The translations under genes and the position numbers were made by a program. Shown piece by piece: positions 38,097 through 50,760 of a DNA stretch of 64,000 nucleotides; within the stretch, counting starts at the first letter, position 1, and every line of letters begins with the position of its first letter. Source of the DNA: Mobula hypostoma (taxonomy: Eukaryota); assembly GCF_963921235.1 (NCBI RefSeq), contig NC_086108.1:27468001-27532000 (forward strand), written 5' to 3'. A model generated the notes under the pieces. It did not search any database. It was given only the letters and a program-made list of their open reading frames with translations, and was not told the origin of the DNA.

Positions 38097-39204
38097 TATT
38101 TGCATTATTTCTAGTACTATTCTTCTTGATAAATGCATTATTTACTATTTATTTGCTGTCATTAAAACAGGGTGCACTTATAAATAATACCAATGCTGGA
38201 ATTTTGAAAAAAAACAGAAAATGCTGTAAAAATTCAGCAAGTCAAAGTTAATATTCCACATCAAAACATCTCTTGAGAACTGGACAGTACTGGTTCTGAT
38301 TAAAGAGCGTCAACCTGAAACATTAATTCTCTCCTGAGATTAGAGGTTCCCAACCTTTTTTATGCAATGCACTCCTACCGTTAACCAAGGGGTCTGCTGC
38401 ATGATGTGCTGAACATTTCCAGCAGGTTGTGCTTTTGACCTGCAGTGTTAAATTGTATCGGATGTTTAGGTAAAACAATGTTGCACAATTTGTCTTGTCT
38501 TGGTATTAGCTACATTGAATAATCTGCTCTTTTGTCTATTTGCTTGATCATAATTAATCTCAAAGTTTATAAACTGACTGTTGCAACATTTCCATTCCTT
38601 TAGCGTAAACAGTGTTTTATTAGCTGCAGTGTTATTTTCACTTGAGATGCTATGGTATTAATTGCTGTACACCAGTAAATATTTCACTGCTTACGTGTTT
38701 CAATTCCTATTGTTGTGTTGTATCTTTTTTCTGTATTGCAGGACCGGTTTGGCTTCAATTTTCACTCATCCTAGTGTTGCTGTTTCATGCTATTTGATCC
38801 ATTTTAGTACTTACTGCTTTTCTTTGTGTGTTGTGGTGTGTGTGTGGTACAGGGAGAATGATGCTCTGTAGGAAATGCTGTACTTTATGCAAGAGGCAAA
38901 ATGCAGAGCCCATTTGCTGTCTCTTGTGGGAATTTAAGATTTCACAGCACCATCTGAAGATGAATGAAAGAGTTTTCCAGAATATTCAATGCTCTACTCT
39001 CAATCAATATTCTGAAAGCAGCAACCTATCGCCATCACATTGCTGCTTAAGGAAGCACAGCCAATATGAATCAGCTTCTTACATTATAACATTGACTATG
39101 TTCCATAAAGATTTCTTCTGGATGTGGTAAATTAAATCTTTTATATTGTTTGACATCTGATCCTACTTCTATTTCTGCTTATCGATTCAGAGTTAGACAA
39201 CACA

Positions 39205-40530
39205 GAAACCCTTCTGGAAAGAAATGGATCCATCAGGCAGACACAGCATGGATTCAGCAAAGGCAAGTCCTGTTTGACAAACTTATTGGAGTTCATTGAG
39301 GATATAACAAGTGTAGTGGATAGAGGGGAACAGATGGATGTTATTTACTTGGATTTCCAGAAGTGTTTGATAAGGTGCCACATAAAAGAATTATCCATAA
39401 GATAAGGATGCACAGAGTTGGGGATGATGGATGCATGGACAGAGAATTGGTTAACCAATAGAAAGCAGAGAGTTGGGGTACATGGGTGTTGCTCTGGTTG
39501 GCAATCAATGGTGAGTGGTGTGACACAGGGGTTGGTTCACCTGCAACTGTCCATGATATACATGAATGATTTAGAAGGGGAAACCAAGTGTAGTGTATCT
39601 AAGTTTGCTGATGACACTAAATTGAGTGGAAAAGCAGACTATGCAGAGGATATGGGGAGTCTGCAGAGAGATATAGATAAGTTAGCTAAGTAGGCAAGGC
39701 TGGCAGATAGAGTACCATGTTGGTAATTGCGAGGTCATCCACTTTGGAAGGTAAAATGGAAGATGAGATTATTATTTGAATAGTAAAAGATTGCAGCATG
39801 CTCCTGTGCAAATGAACTTGGGAACGCTTGTGCATGAATCACAAAAGGTTGGTTTGCAGGTGCAGCAGGCTATCAAGAAGGCAAATGGAACGCTAGCCTT
39901 CATTGCTAGAGGGATTGAATTTAAGAGCAGGGAGGTTATGTTGCAAATGTATAGGGTACTGGTGAGGCTGCATCTGGAGTACTGCATGCAGTTCTGGTCT
40001 CCTTACTTGAGGAAGGATAGACTGCTTTGGAGGCAGTGCAGAGGAGGTCCACCAGGTTGATTTCAGAGATGAGAGGATTAGACTATGCGGAGAAATTAAG
40101 TCGCCTGGGATTGTACTTGCTGGAATTCAGAAGGACATGTGGAAATCTTATAGAAACATATACAATTATGAAAGAGGTAGATAAGAAAGAGGCAGGAAAG
40201 TCGTTTCCACTGGCAGGTGAGACAAGAACTAGGGGACATAGCCTCAAGATTCGGGGGAGAAGATCTAGGACGGAGATGAGGAGGAACTGCATTTCCCAGA
40301 GGGTGGTGAATCTGTGGAATTCTCTGCCCAGTGAAGCAGTGGAGGCTACCTCAGTAAATATATTTAAGAGAAGGTAGGATAGATTTTTACATAGTAGGGG
40401 AATTAAGGATTATGGGGGAAAGGCAGGTAGGTGGAGATGAATCCATGGTCAGATCAGCCATGATCTTATTGAATGGCGGAGCAGGCTTGACGGGCCAGAT
40501 GGCCTTCTCCTGCAAATATTTCTTACGTTC
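39205..40530 (+). mobile_element. 5'-truncated decayed CR1
   Basis: QHGFSKGKSCLTNL, KFADDTKL, LVRLHLEYCMQFWSP, RTRGHSLKI and 3' UTR. Confidence 0.92.
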
Positions 40531-40534
40531 AGCT

Positions 40535-40830
40535 TATCTTGTCCATGGTGATCAAGCTGCCAACCTGAGTTAGGCCCATTTGCCTACATTTGGCTCATGT
40601 GCCCTCTGAGGGAAAAACCTACTTCTCAGATCCCCTCATAACTTTTCTAAGTTTCTATAAGATCTCTGTTCAGAGAGAAAAACGCCATTCCACCCTGACT
40701 CTCCTTATACGGTAAATCAAGGCCTTCAGTCCCAGTAACATCATTCTGAATCGTCTTTGCACTCTTTCCACCTTGATGGCATCACTCCTGCAGGTAGGCA
40801 ACCGGAACTGCACGCCGTCTTTTGCTAAAA
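40535..40830 (-). mobile_element. CR1 3' fragment
   Basis: VQFRLPTCRSDAIKVERVQRRF on the minus strand. Confidence 0.65.
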
Positions 40831-40949
40831 TCCTCCTCTGAACTATTGTTCTTCCTTGGTTTGGCTCTTGCAATGAATTCTTGGTTGACCTCTCTAGCTT
40901 TGGACTTTGGTAGCTGGAAAATTGTGTTTGGTTTAGGTCAGTTAACTTA

Positions 40950-41995
40950 AAGGATGTGCTTGCCAGAGAAGGAGCACAGTGAGGGATCATTAGGCTGATT
41001 GCAAGGACAGCTGGAATGCCTTATTACAAGAGGTGCAGTACATTATGTTCTTCAGAGTTTAAAAGAATGAAAGGAGATCTAATGGATAGTAACAACATTT
41101 TTGACAGGCTTCATGGGCTTCAAAACTTCTGACAGCAAGGATGAATCCCCTGGCCAAGAACTTTAGGACTAAAGGACATTTTATAAATAAGAGGAAGACC
41201 ATGTAAGAACTGAGATCAAGAAAAAAAAAATCTTCCAGCAGAGGGTGGTGATTCTCTGGAATCTCAACCCCCAGAGAACAGTCATTAAAAATGGGATTTA
41301 TCGAAAAATAAATTTCTCCATATTAAGAAGATGAATGGATATGATAGTATTAATGGTAATTAACACTGAGCTAGAAGATCAGTTATGATTTTGATGAATT
41401 CCAGAGCAAAGGACCAGATAGATTTATCCTACTCCTGGTGCAAAGGGCCTCATGCAGGATTCCCAAAAAATAACTTGCAGGTTGAGTTGGTGGTCAGGAA
41501 TATAATGTTAGCATTCATTTTGAGAGGACTAGAATATAAAAGGATGTAATTCTAAGGCTTTGTATGGCAATGATCAGACCTCATGGAGTATTGTAAGCAG
41601 TTCTGGGCCCCATATCTAAGAAAGGACGTGTTGGCACTGGAAAGGGTCCAGAGGTGGATCACAAGGACGATCTCAGGAATGAAGAAGTTAACATATGAAG
41701 AGCATTTGATGGCTCTGGATCTGCACTGCTGGAGTTTAGATGAATGAATGTGAATCACATTGAAACCTATCAAATATTGAAAGGCCTCGATAAAGTGGAT
41801 GTGGAAAGGATGCTTCATATTGTGGGGGAGTAAAGGACAGGAGGACACAACATCAGATTACAATGTCCCTTTGGAACAGAGATGAGGAGGAATTTCTTTA
41901 GCCAGAAGATGGTGAATCTGTGGAATTCATTGGGTATGTTTGAAGCAGAGGAGCTGAATGACATAATTCTGTTCCTATGTATTATTAGTCTTATG
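40950..41995 (+). mobile_element. Two adjacent decayed CR1 3' fragments (about 40950-41440 and 41445-41995)
   Basis: Two separate runs ending in QRVVILWN and QKMVNLWNS, each followed by CR1 3' UTR-like sequence. Confidence 0.75.
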
Positions 41996-42775
41996 CCCTA
42001 TGTTTTACTCCAAGAAAGTTTCTGATCATCAATGAACATAGTGAGCTGAGCCCTGATCTCCAGTCATCATGCTTAATGACCTACATTATTTTGACTCCCA
42101 GTTAATCAATGCTTTGTTTTAATTTAAAAATAGAGAATGCTGGTCATTCTCAGCAGGACATGCAACATTTGTAGAGACAGAGAAAGAAACATAGTTTACA
42201 TCCTGATAAGAGTTCTGAAAGGACATTGACCTGAAACTCCACTAATTTTCTCTCCACAGGTACTGAAGATCTGATGAGTATCTCCTCTGCTCTCAGATTA
42301 TACTTCAGACTTCTAGCACTGGTAGTAACTGGCAAACGTACAACTGTGTTTAGCAAGCCATGCACTAACTGATAGAAAATACTTGGTAAAGAAAATAAAA
42401 CATCAGGTATAAAAATATAAGAAATAATACAACACAAGATGGCAAATAATACAACACAGTTCATCATAGTTCTATACAAAAATTGTAGGACCACAAATAG
42501 ATGCTGCCTAATCAGCTCTATAATTTCAGAATTTTTTTCCTATTTAATTTTTCTGGTGTCCATAGTATTTTCTACCATAATTTAAAAACTTCTGGAATTT
42601 GTTTCAGTTCTGTCAATTCTCCCCTCCTTTGTACTGGAATTCCTTGATTTATCAACATTTCAATGCCGGGCCAGATGGATTGAAAAGACAGTGTGTCAGG
42701 ACCAGAGGAAAGGGTTGGGCTGGTTTGCTCGCAGCTCCATGATGTTTATTCTGCAACATGCTGAACAGTGACAGA

Positions 42776-43205
42776 AGCCCAATTTATACTTCTGCGTCAA
42801 ATGTACACCGTAGGTACCGTGTACCCTACGCCGTAGGGTGACATGCACCTCCCCAAAAATGTAACTCGCGCATCGCGGCAACGCAGACCGCCACCACTGT
42901 GATTGGTCCGCTTGGTAGCATCGCATTTCCTCCTACGCATTTCTGGTTGTTTTCTCCGCCATGTCTGTACACTGATGTGAAATAAGTGGTTGAAGACAAT
43001 GAACCAAATCATCAAATCTACCTGCCGACATCTGAAAATATTTGAAATGCATTTCTTCGTCCACGTCTCTCATGAAGAAACTCAACACAGTAGCATAGAA
43101 ACCCTACCACCAACTAGTGTTTTGACGGTGAATTGCAGAGCGACGCAGACACAACTACGCATGCTCGCTACAGCATAGCCCGTACACACAAGTATAAATC
43201 AGCCT
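42776..43205. mobile_element. MITE, possibly PIF/Harbinger type, inside an older retroposon fragment (about 42690-43430)
   Basis: Imperfect TIRs agcccaatttatacttctg / cacaagtataaatcagcct; CpG-rich interior unlike the flanks. Confidence 0.65.
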
Positions 43206-44674
43206 TGAGGCTGTGGCTGTGGCCAGCTCCAGCTGCTCCAGGCTTTGTGTCTGAGGACTCACTTTTGTTCTAAATCCCATTTGCTTACTTTTATTGTTTG
43301 CATGATTTTGATTTTTTTTTCTCCCTTGATGCATATTGGATGCTTGTCAGTTTTTTACGGGTTCTTTTAGGTTTCTGCAAGGTTGTATAATATACACATT
43401 GATAATAAATGTACTTTGAACTTTGATTTGATATAGAAATGTCCGCTTTATTACCAATGTCTCTTCAAAGTGCTTGTCTTTCACTTGCAAACTTATTTTT
43501 TGCCACAAAGTAGTGTTCCATTCTTTATATTTAGAAATATACTGCACTGAAATGCTCACAAATTATAATATGCAATATTTCCAAGTTACGCAATTTTGCC
43601 TTACAGAATGCTTTCCAGGAAGGTATCCCTTATGTAAATTGAGAAATGAGCCTTATCTCCTTCAGCCCTTTCACCTTCTGTATTATCTTCAGTTCTAACC
43701 TTTTGCATCCATGTATTTAATCATTTCATTATTAGTGTCCATGCCCTGAAAAGTTCTCTCCCAAAAGATCTCGAAGTACTATACCCCACTTCTCCTTCTT
43801 CCTTACAGAGTCACATGTAGAACACGTTTAGTTTTATATATGGCTCAGCATTTTCTTTCTGAAAGATAGCACTCCTGCAAAGTCCCTTGGAAAGTTTTTT
43901 CTACTTTTGAAGTGCAAGGTAAAGGTTTTTTCCAGTGCTGTCTTTCAAGATACTATTCAAGACATCATTTATATTAGGTGCACTGCTCTACCAGCTACGC
44001 TTTCATAAATGACGGTGGCTTTACTTGCTTTGTTTCAGCATTCATTTGTGGAATAATACTTTTCTACATATTGCATTTATATTGCTCTGTACTTGCTAGC
44101 TTGCATTATTTTCTTTGCCATCATATTTGTTGTGTTGCATTGTTATTGCAGTGCAGCACTGATCACTGTCCTTGCTGTATTTTATTATTCACCATGATAC
44201 TACTTTAATTAAAATGTTCCATTACTTAGAACATTTGAGTTCTTTCTGTGCTGAAGATTTACCATGTATCTGATTGTTTTACATTGCATTATTTGCTAAG
44301 CATCTATGCTTAAGGTGTTGCATTATTAGCTGTGCATCTGTGTTTGGTGTAGAACATTATGTATTTGCTCAGCACTCAGAGCTGACTGCTGACTGACTGC
44401 ATTGTTGGCATTGATGCATTCCTCGTACCTGCACACCACAGAGTGAAAGTGCAGAACAAGCTGGAAGTCAAGTATGGCACAATTCACTTCTCACTCCGTC
44501 CAGCACATCTAGAGAAGCCTCATCCATTTGAATGAATTCATCATACTTACCAAAAGAATAAGTGAAATTTTTCTTTATGAACTCATTTTAATGTTATTAA
44601 TTTAATGATGGTTAAATAAATTTGTAAATTGATTCATGTTCTTAACATCTTTTAATAATTTTGAGTTTTGGAAG

Positions 44675-45209
44675 CAGTACTGTGCGAAAGTTTTAGGCAC
44701 ATACTGTATATATCACTAGGCTGCCTTAGACATTTGCACAGTTCAGTATTTGTCAACGGAGCAGTGAGCGAGTTTATAAATCTAGCGGGAGCAGAGGATG
44801 TTGGGAATGGCAAGAGTGCGGTGCCACGGGTGCATTGTGGGACAGCTGGCAGAGAAGGAGCACCGGGGGGAGGCGTGGGTGCAGACACACCCAACCCTAA
44901 AACACCAGACAAGGTCATTTGATTCCAAACAACTGTTTTTTTTGATCTTTATGAAATGTTACTCTGGTGCTTCTTGTTCCCTCCCCTCTCCCTTCCCCCT
45001 TTTCCAACCAGGATTCCCCTCTCTGTGCCCCCTTCCCACTCTCAGTCCATGATTGAGAACTGTATCAGAATCAGGTTTATCATCACTCATACATGTCATT
45101 TTTTTCTGAGACAGCAGTACAGTGCAATACATAAAAATACTTAAGTACAGAGCAAAAGTCTTAGGCACCCTAGCTACATATGTGTGCCTAAGACTTCTGC
45201 ACATTACAG
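44675..45209 (-). mobile_element. Tc1/mariner-type MITE, copy 4, opposite orientation
   Basis: Interior is the reverse complement of copies 1-3; palindromic TIR pairs at both ends. Confidence 0.85.
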
Positions 45210-46291
45210 TATGCCACAAACAATTGAATATGCTTGTCTCATCAGCTGCTTTATGTTGGTGTAATCCTTTATGGAAAGTCCTACAGAAATCAACAAGCAC
45301 AGCGAAAGAATAACTACTGTACAAGGAAATGCAGAGCACAGGGTGGGCACCGATAGATATTTCAAGTCCCAACACCCTCGACAAGCGCTCGGACAAAGAC
45401 TGATGGCAGTGTCATGAGCACATTATCCACCATTATACTGCCTCATATTGAAGCTCAGTCTCGTTTTCCCCCAGTGCAACACCCACAACAGAGCACTGGA
45501 CCATAAAAGCAATTGCTGTGCCGAGCTGTAAAAAATAGTTCAGTTTGATAAGGCAACTTTTAAATGCCAAGCTCCTGAATTAATGAACCATGGTTTGGCT
45601 GTCTTGATCCGGTTCTGAGTTGACATAGCTGCCGCAGGTTAGTGTAAGTTCTCACATCAATACAGCTTGGCAGATATAGCAAAGACAGGCATCACTGAAG
45701 GAAATGGAACCTTCGTACACTCGAGTTTACAGAGCGGGCTTTGCAGATCAAGTATAGTAAAGTCACCAATTGACAAGTCTTTTTCAGCCATGACATTGTC
45801 TCAATCTGGCTGGCATGGAATAAGTTCAAGGGATTCTGTTTGATTGATGTATACAGCCGAGCATACGGATCAGTTGATAGATTTTTGCTGTTATTTTCCT
45901 CCCACAGGGTCTCAGCTGAACCTGCACAAAAACTGAGCAGGGCATTGCTTTATTCCATTCTTCCCTTTAATGGTACTACTAAAATTTGTCAACATAGTTA
46001 TTTCTGGTGTCCTGTACTACACTTGCCCTCCAAACAAAAGAATGAAGAAACAGATTATCTATATTTTGGATCTTGCTTGGCTGCCTTATTTTTAACATTA
46101 GGAGAACAACACTGTGTCAGTATTAGTAATCTGGGTATAAAGCACGGTGGGACACATACGCTTTCTGGCCACTTTATTAGGTTCACCTGTCCAACTGCTC
46201 TTTAATGCAAGTAACTCATTAGCCAATCATATGGCAGCAACTCAATGCATAAATTGCATGCAGACATGGCCAAGAGGTTCAGTTGTTCAGA

Positions 46292-47022
46292 TATAATATC
46301 TCTATTCTTCCCTTTCAGGGTTCTTTTGAAGACCCTGACCTGGAGTTACACACTGACTACAATTTTTTGTGGGAATGGGACCCACTCTCAGGGTTTCATA
46401 ACTGGCCGTAGTTTGGCACGCCAAGGGCTAGGCCTAAGAGCTCTGCTCGCCTTTGGAGGACCGAGTTTTTGTGGCTCTGGAGACGGGGGGATTGGAAGTT
46501 GGCGTCCGAGGAGAAGACTGGTTTGTCAGGGGAGACGGAAGATCTAAGGCTGTGTGCCCAGAGACCTGAGATCTTTGGGCACAAAGCTCAGAAAAAGTGA
46601 TGCAATGGACTTTTAACGTCGTAAACCAGTGAGTTGTTTGTTATGTCTCCCCTCTTGCTGTGAAATGCAGACACCTCTTTCTCCCTTATTAGGAGAAAGG
46701 GAGAAAGAGTGTGTGGTATGTTCAATGCCGGGTAAACAATGTAGTCTTTGGAGTGTCTTTTCTGTTGTCTTGCTCATGCTTGAGTGCTTGCTGATGGGCA
46801 CCGATGCTTTTTTTGGCCGGCGGGAGGAGGGGAATTGTTGCTTACTGCCACTTACACATGGGAGGGAGGGAAGCTGTGGGGGACTTCGGGGTTCTAACAT
46901 TTAACTGTCATTCATTCTTTGGGGGCACTCCTCTGTTTTCGTGGATGGTTGCGAAGAAAAAGCATTTCAGGATGTGTATTGTATACATTTCTCTCGCATT
47001 AAATGTACCTTTGAAACCTTTG
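46292..47022 (+). mobile_element. Non-coding retroposon nested in the Tc1 element
   Basis: Interrupts the Tc1 sequence; ends cattaaatgtacctttgaaacctttga. Confidence 0.55.
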
Positions 47023-47160
47023 AGATCAAGTTTCAGAATGGGGGAGGAAACGTGATCTAAGTGGCTTTGACCTGTGGAATGATTGCTGGAGCTAGATGGG
47101 CTGCTTTAGTATCAGAAACTGCTGAACTCTTGGGACTTTCATGTACTACAGTCTCTAGAG

Positions 47161-47240
47161 CAGGGGTTCCTAACTTGGGGTCTACAGACCCCTTAGTTAA
47201 TGGTACGGGTCCATGGCATAAAAGAGGTTGGCAACCCCTT
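47161..47240. mobile_element. 80 bp hAT/Charlie-type mini-MITE
   Basis: caggggttcctaac / gttggcaacccct TIRs; flanks ctctagag / ttctagtg fit an NTCTAGAN 8 bp target; related partial copy at about 38341-38395. Confidence 0.75.
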
Positions 47241-47877
47241 TTCTAGTGCTGATAAAGAACGGTGTGAAAAACAAGAAGAAAAAAACACCCAGTAAGTGAT
47301 TGCTCTGCTGGTGAAAACTTGCTAATAAGAGGTCAGAGGAGAATGGCCACACTGGTTCAAGATAACAGGAAGCTGACAGTAATTCAAATAACCGCATAAT
47401 ATGACAATGGTGTGCAGAAGAGCGTCTCTGAATGCACAACATGTTGAACCTTGAGGTAGATGGGCTACAGCAGCAGAAGACCATGAACATACACTCAGTG
47501 GTCACTTTATTAGGGTCAGGAGGTACCAAAGTGGCTGGCAACTCCTTTGCAACTGCTCTTGTTCGCCTTGTGCAATGTAACTATGAACTAAAGCTCTACC
47601 TGGATCATGTATGACTTTCACAATTTGGAAAATGTTACTTACCAGTTGTGAGAATGATAGGGCTGCTCCCAGAGAAAATCTCCGGGCTTGCTGAGAGCTC
47701 TTGGAGAAGAAAACTTCTGGGTTGCTGGGCAGGGCAGCCCAAAGGGCCTGAAGAGCCTATTCCTGCTCCAGCTCTAAGTAAATAAAATAAAACAGATGGA
47801 GGCTGATGGAGGGTGTGAGAAGCAAGTACAAACTGGGGAGGGATGGGGAGAGAAAATCAAACTCACATAATTATTGG

Positions 47878-48027
47878 CATAAGAGTGAGTGCAGATGCTG
47901 GACATCTGGATCAACACAAAAAAACTCAACAGATCAGGATTCATGAAGGGTCTTGGCCCAAAACATCGACTGTTGATTTTCCTCCATTGATGCTGCCTGA
48001 TCTGCCATTCCTCAGCACTTGGTGTAT
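47878..48027. mobile_element. Decayed palindromic PLE-derived element
   Basis: gcagatgctgga..ctcaacagatcagg, then atgaagggtcttggcccaaaacatcgactg..gatgctgcctgatctg; similar remnants at about 38190-38340, 42130-42300 and 49920-50030. Confidence 0.65.
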
Positions 48028-48674
48028 GAATCATAGAGATGCAAGGAGGAGATGGAAACAAGAGGCTAGACATAGGAAGGCCAACAGAGCCTCAAAGGAG
48101 CGACCTAGTGACACCATTAGACAATTCATTCCCTCCAAAACAATGACTCCGGTAAGGTACTGAATAAGAGTTCTCTAAAATAATCATACAATGTGGGAAC
48201 CATATGCCAGTTACAATTAACTTGGCAAGATTAGACTGGAAGCAAAAGGGCTTAATGGTGGTAGTTAAGGTAACGATTAGTAATTAAAGGTGCTCAAGGA
48301 CCCTAGAATCTTGACACTCTATGCCAAGCTGCGGAGCGCATGACATATAATTCTGTTTTCTTTTCTGTATTCCTTTCTATTTCTTGCCTATTCATGTACA
48401 AATGCCTTATAAACACTGTGATTGTACCCTCCTCTAGCACCTAATCTGGCAGTGTGATTTACTGATTCCGTAATTTACGTGGTTTCTTGTTAGACCTTTG
48501 TCTGCAAATGTCTTCAAATCTATGTTTTCCCCTGGAGTTGTGACTGTACTTCCAGTTCAATGACACAGTCTGGTAATGATTAATTAGTTCCCAGGCCTGT
48601 GGGTTATTTTGATTAAACCAGTTGCAATCTTCTTTTAAATTATCATTTGACTGAAAGTTGCAAACGAAGCTTCC

Positions 48675-49790
48675 ATTCAAGATGGCGCCTGTGTACAGCA
48701 CTCACTTGGTCGACACCTTCTGGATAGATCATGAAACCATATATTTCACTTGTTTTATGACTTATACGTTTGTTCTCCATCTTGGATATGAAACCATTGG
48801 AGCCTTTGATTTTCAGTTTGGAGATAGTTTAGGTGTTCCATCACTCTGGTCTTCAAAAGGATTCTGGAAGGCAGAGGTGACAAGCACAAGCAGACTGCGG
48901 GAAGGAGCGCGAGTCAATGTTCGACTCCATTTTGCTAATTAAAGCTTCCATTGTTTGCCAAGCAAAGCGATGAGAGAGATTGAAACATCGAGGTGAATGT
49001 AGATGCTTGGAGATCATTTGGGTGCTTCAGAGCTCTGCATTCTCAGAGGATTCTCGGAGGCAGAGGAAGCATGCATGACCTTCAGGCAGACAGGCTGTGG
49101 GATGGCTGCTGGGCACGAGCCATTGTTCAACTCCATTTCACTGATTATAGCTTCCATTGTTCGCCAATTAAAGCAACGAGGGATATTGAAGCACTGAGGT
49201 GAGTGCTATCTTTGATCTCTCTGCTATGGAGAGGGAAAAGTTCTGCCACTGGGCCTGGAGAGTGTTGCCCAGGTTTCTGTGTTTTGGATGTGGACTTGGA
49301 CTATAGACTTTTCTTCAGTCTTGTAGTTTTTTTTTATATTCTGTGCATTTTGCCTGATCTTTCTTGTTCATTTTTGTGCGGGGAGAGGCATTTGGGAATC
49401 AATGTGCCTGTTTTGTTTTGTTCATTTTTTTGAGCAGGGAGAGGGCTTTCTGGATTGATAATGTGTTCTGTTTTGGGTTTTTTTGCACGCGGTGGGGGTG
49501 GGCTGGATTTGTGGATTGATGCCTGTTGCTTTGTTTTCTTTTTTTTACACAGGAGGGAGAATTTGTGGATTGATGTGCCTGTTCTGTTTTTGTTCTTTTT
49601 TTTTTGAGTGAGGGGAGGGGATTTGGGAATCAATGTGTCTGTTCCGTTTTTGTTCATTTTTTTTTGTGTAGGGTGAGGGATTTGGGCTTTGATGATCATG
49701 CTGTCTTTCCTTTCTTCCTTGGTTTCATGGCTATCTGCAGAAAAAGAATTTCAAGTTGTATACTTTGATAATAAATAAACCTTGGAGCCT
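48675..49790 (+). mobile_element. Non-coding retroposon with a T-rich internal tandem repeat
   Basis: Starts caagatggcg, ends tgataataaataaacctt; about 60 bp units at 49375-49700. Confidence 0.55.
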
Positions 49791-50379
49791 TTTTTCTTTA
49801 ATATACCCACTCCCATCACTCCCCAGCTTGTCACTATTTCTCTGCCTAGTTTGTCTTTCATTCTAACTCTCATGAAACTAGGACTCTCCAGTACCCTCAG
49901 AACTGGAATGGGGGCAGTAAATCTTAGCCCGAAACGGCAACTGTTTCGTCTTTTCCATAGATGTTGCCTGGCCTTCTGAGTTCCTTCAGCATTTTGTGTG
50001 GGGACAGCATCTGCAGATCTCCTCTTGTTTGGAATGGAGGCACATGATCTTTCAGCCCACTCTACCTCTGGAGAGTGGAAGAATAAGTTAACCCTTGCAC
50101 TATGAACTTTCTCTGCTAATATCTGCATGCCCTTCTCCTTTGGTATCCTGTAGCAAAGGGGCTCCCTCAACTTTAGCTTTTCTTTTTCAAGAACTGCACT
50201 GCCCTAAAGTATGACAGCAGTGAACTCTATTATAACCTGTCAAACGTAATTAATTAAATACCTGAAGAGGAAAGGTTTGCAGTTTGTGTAAGGAACAGGG
50301 GTCTGGGACCAACTGAGTAGTTTTCTCAAAGAAAGTGATCAGATTTAGTGACCTGGCCAATCACCTTCTACAATAAAAT

Positions 50380-50760
50380 ATAGAACAACACAGAAACAGA
50401 CCCTTCAGCCCACAATATTGTGCCAAACTAATCAAGTTAATGACACCTAATTGCTTCTGCCTGCACATAGTTGACATAACGCCTTTCTCTGCATATCCAT
50501 ATGCCTATCTAAAAGCCTCTGAAACATCTCCACTGGCAGCACATTCCAAACACCCACCACTCTCTGTGTAAAATCTTGCCCCATTTATCACTTCCGAACT
50601 TTCCCTCCACACCTTAAATGCATACCCTCTAGTACTGGATATTTCCACCCTGGGGAAAGTTCACTGGCTGTCTACTCTAACTGCACCTTTCATAATTTCA
50701 TAAACTCCTAGCAGATCTCCCTTCAGCCTCTGCCATTCCGGAGAAAACAACCCTAGTTTC
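50380..50760 (-). mobile_element. Decayed CR1 3' end
   Basis: tagaacaacacagaaacagacccttcagcccaca tail; cccaccactctctgtgtaaaa reads FTQRVVG on the minus strand. Confidence 0.75.

Larger units (their letters stand above)
46159..47540 (+). mobile_element. Deleted Tc1-family transposon with two nested insertions
   Basis: tggccactttattagg TIR motif at about 46166 and 47498; HTH remnant GMIAGARW..VSETAELLGLSCTTVSR and ISNNR..QKSVSECTT. Confidence 0.75.

Noticed and set aside
45880..46205. Host exon after the acceptor-like ttttcctcccacag near 45907
   Set aside because: No recognisable protein similarity or convincing donor site; needs RNA-seq
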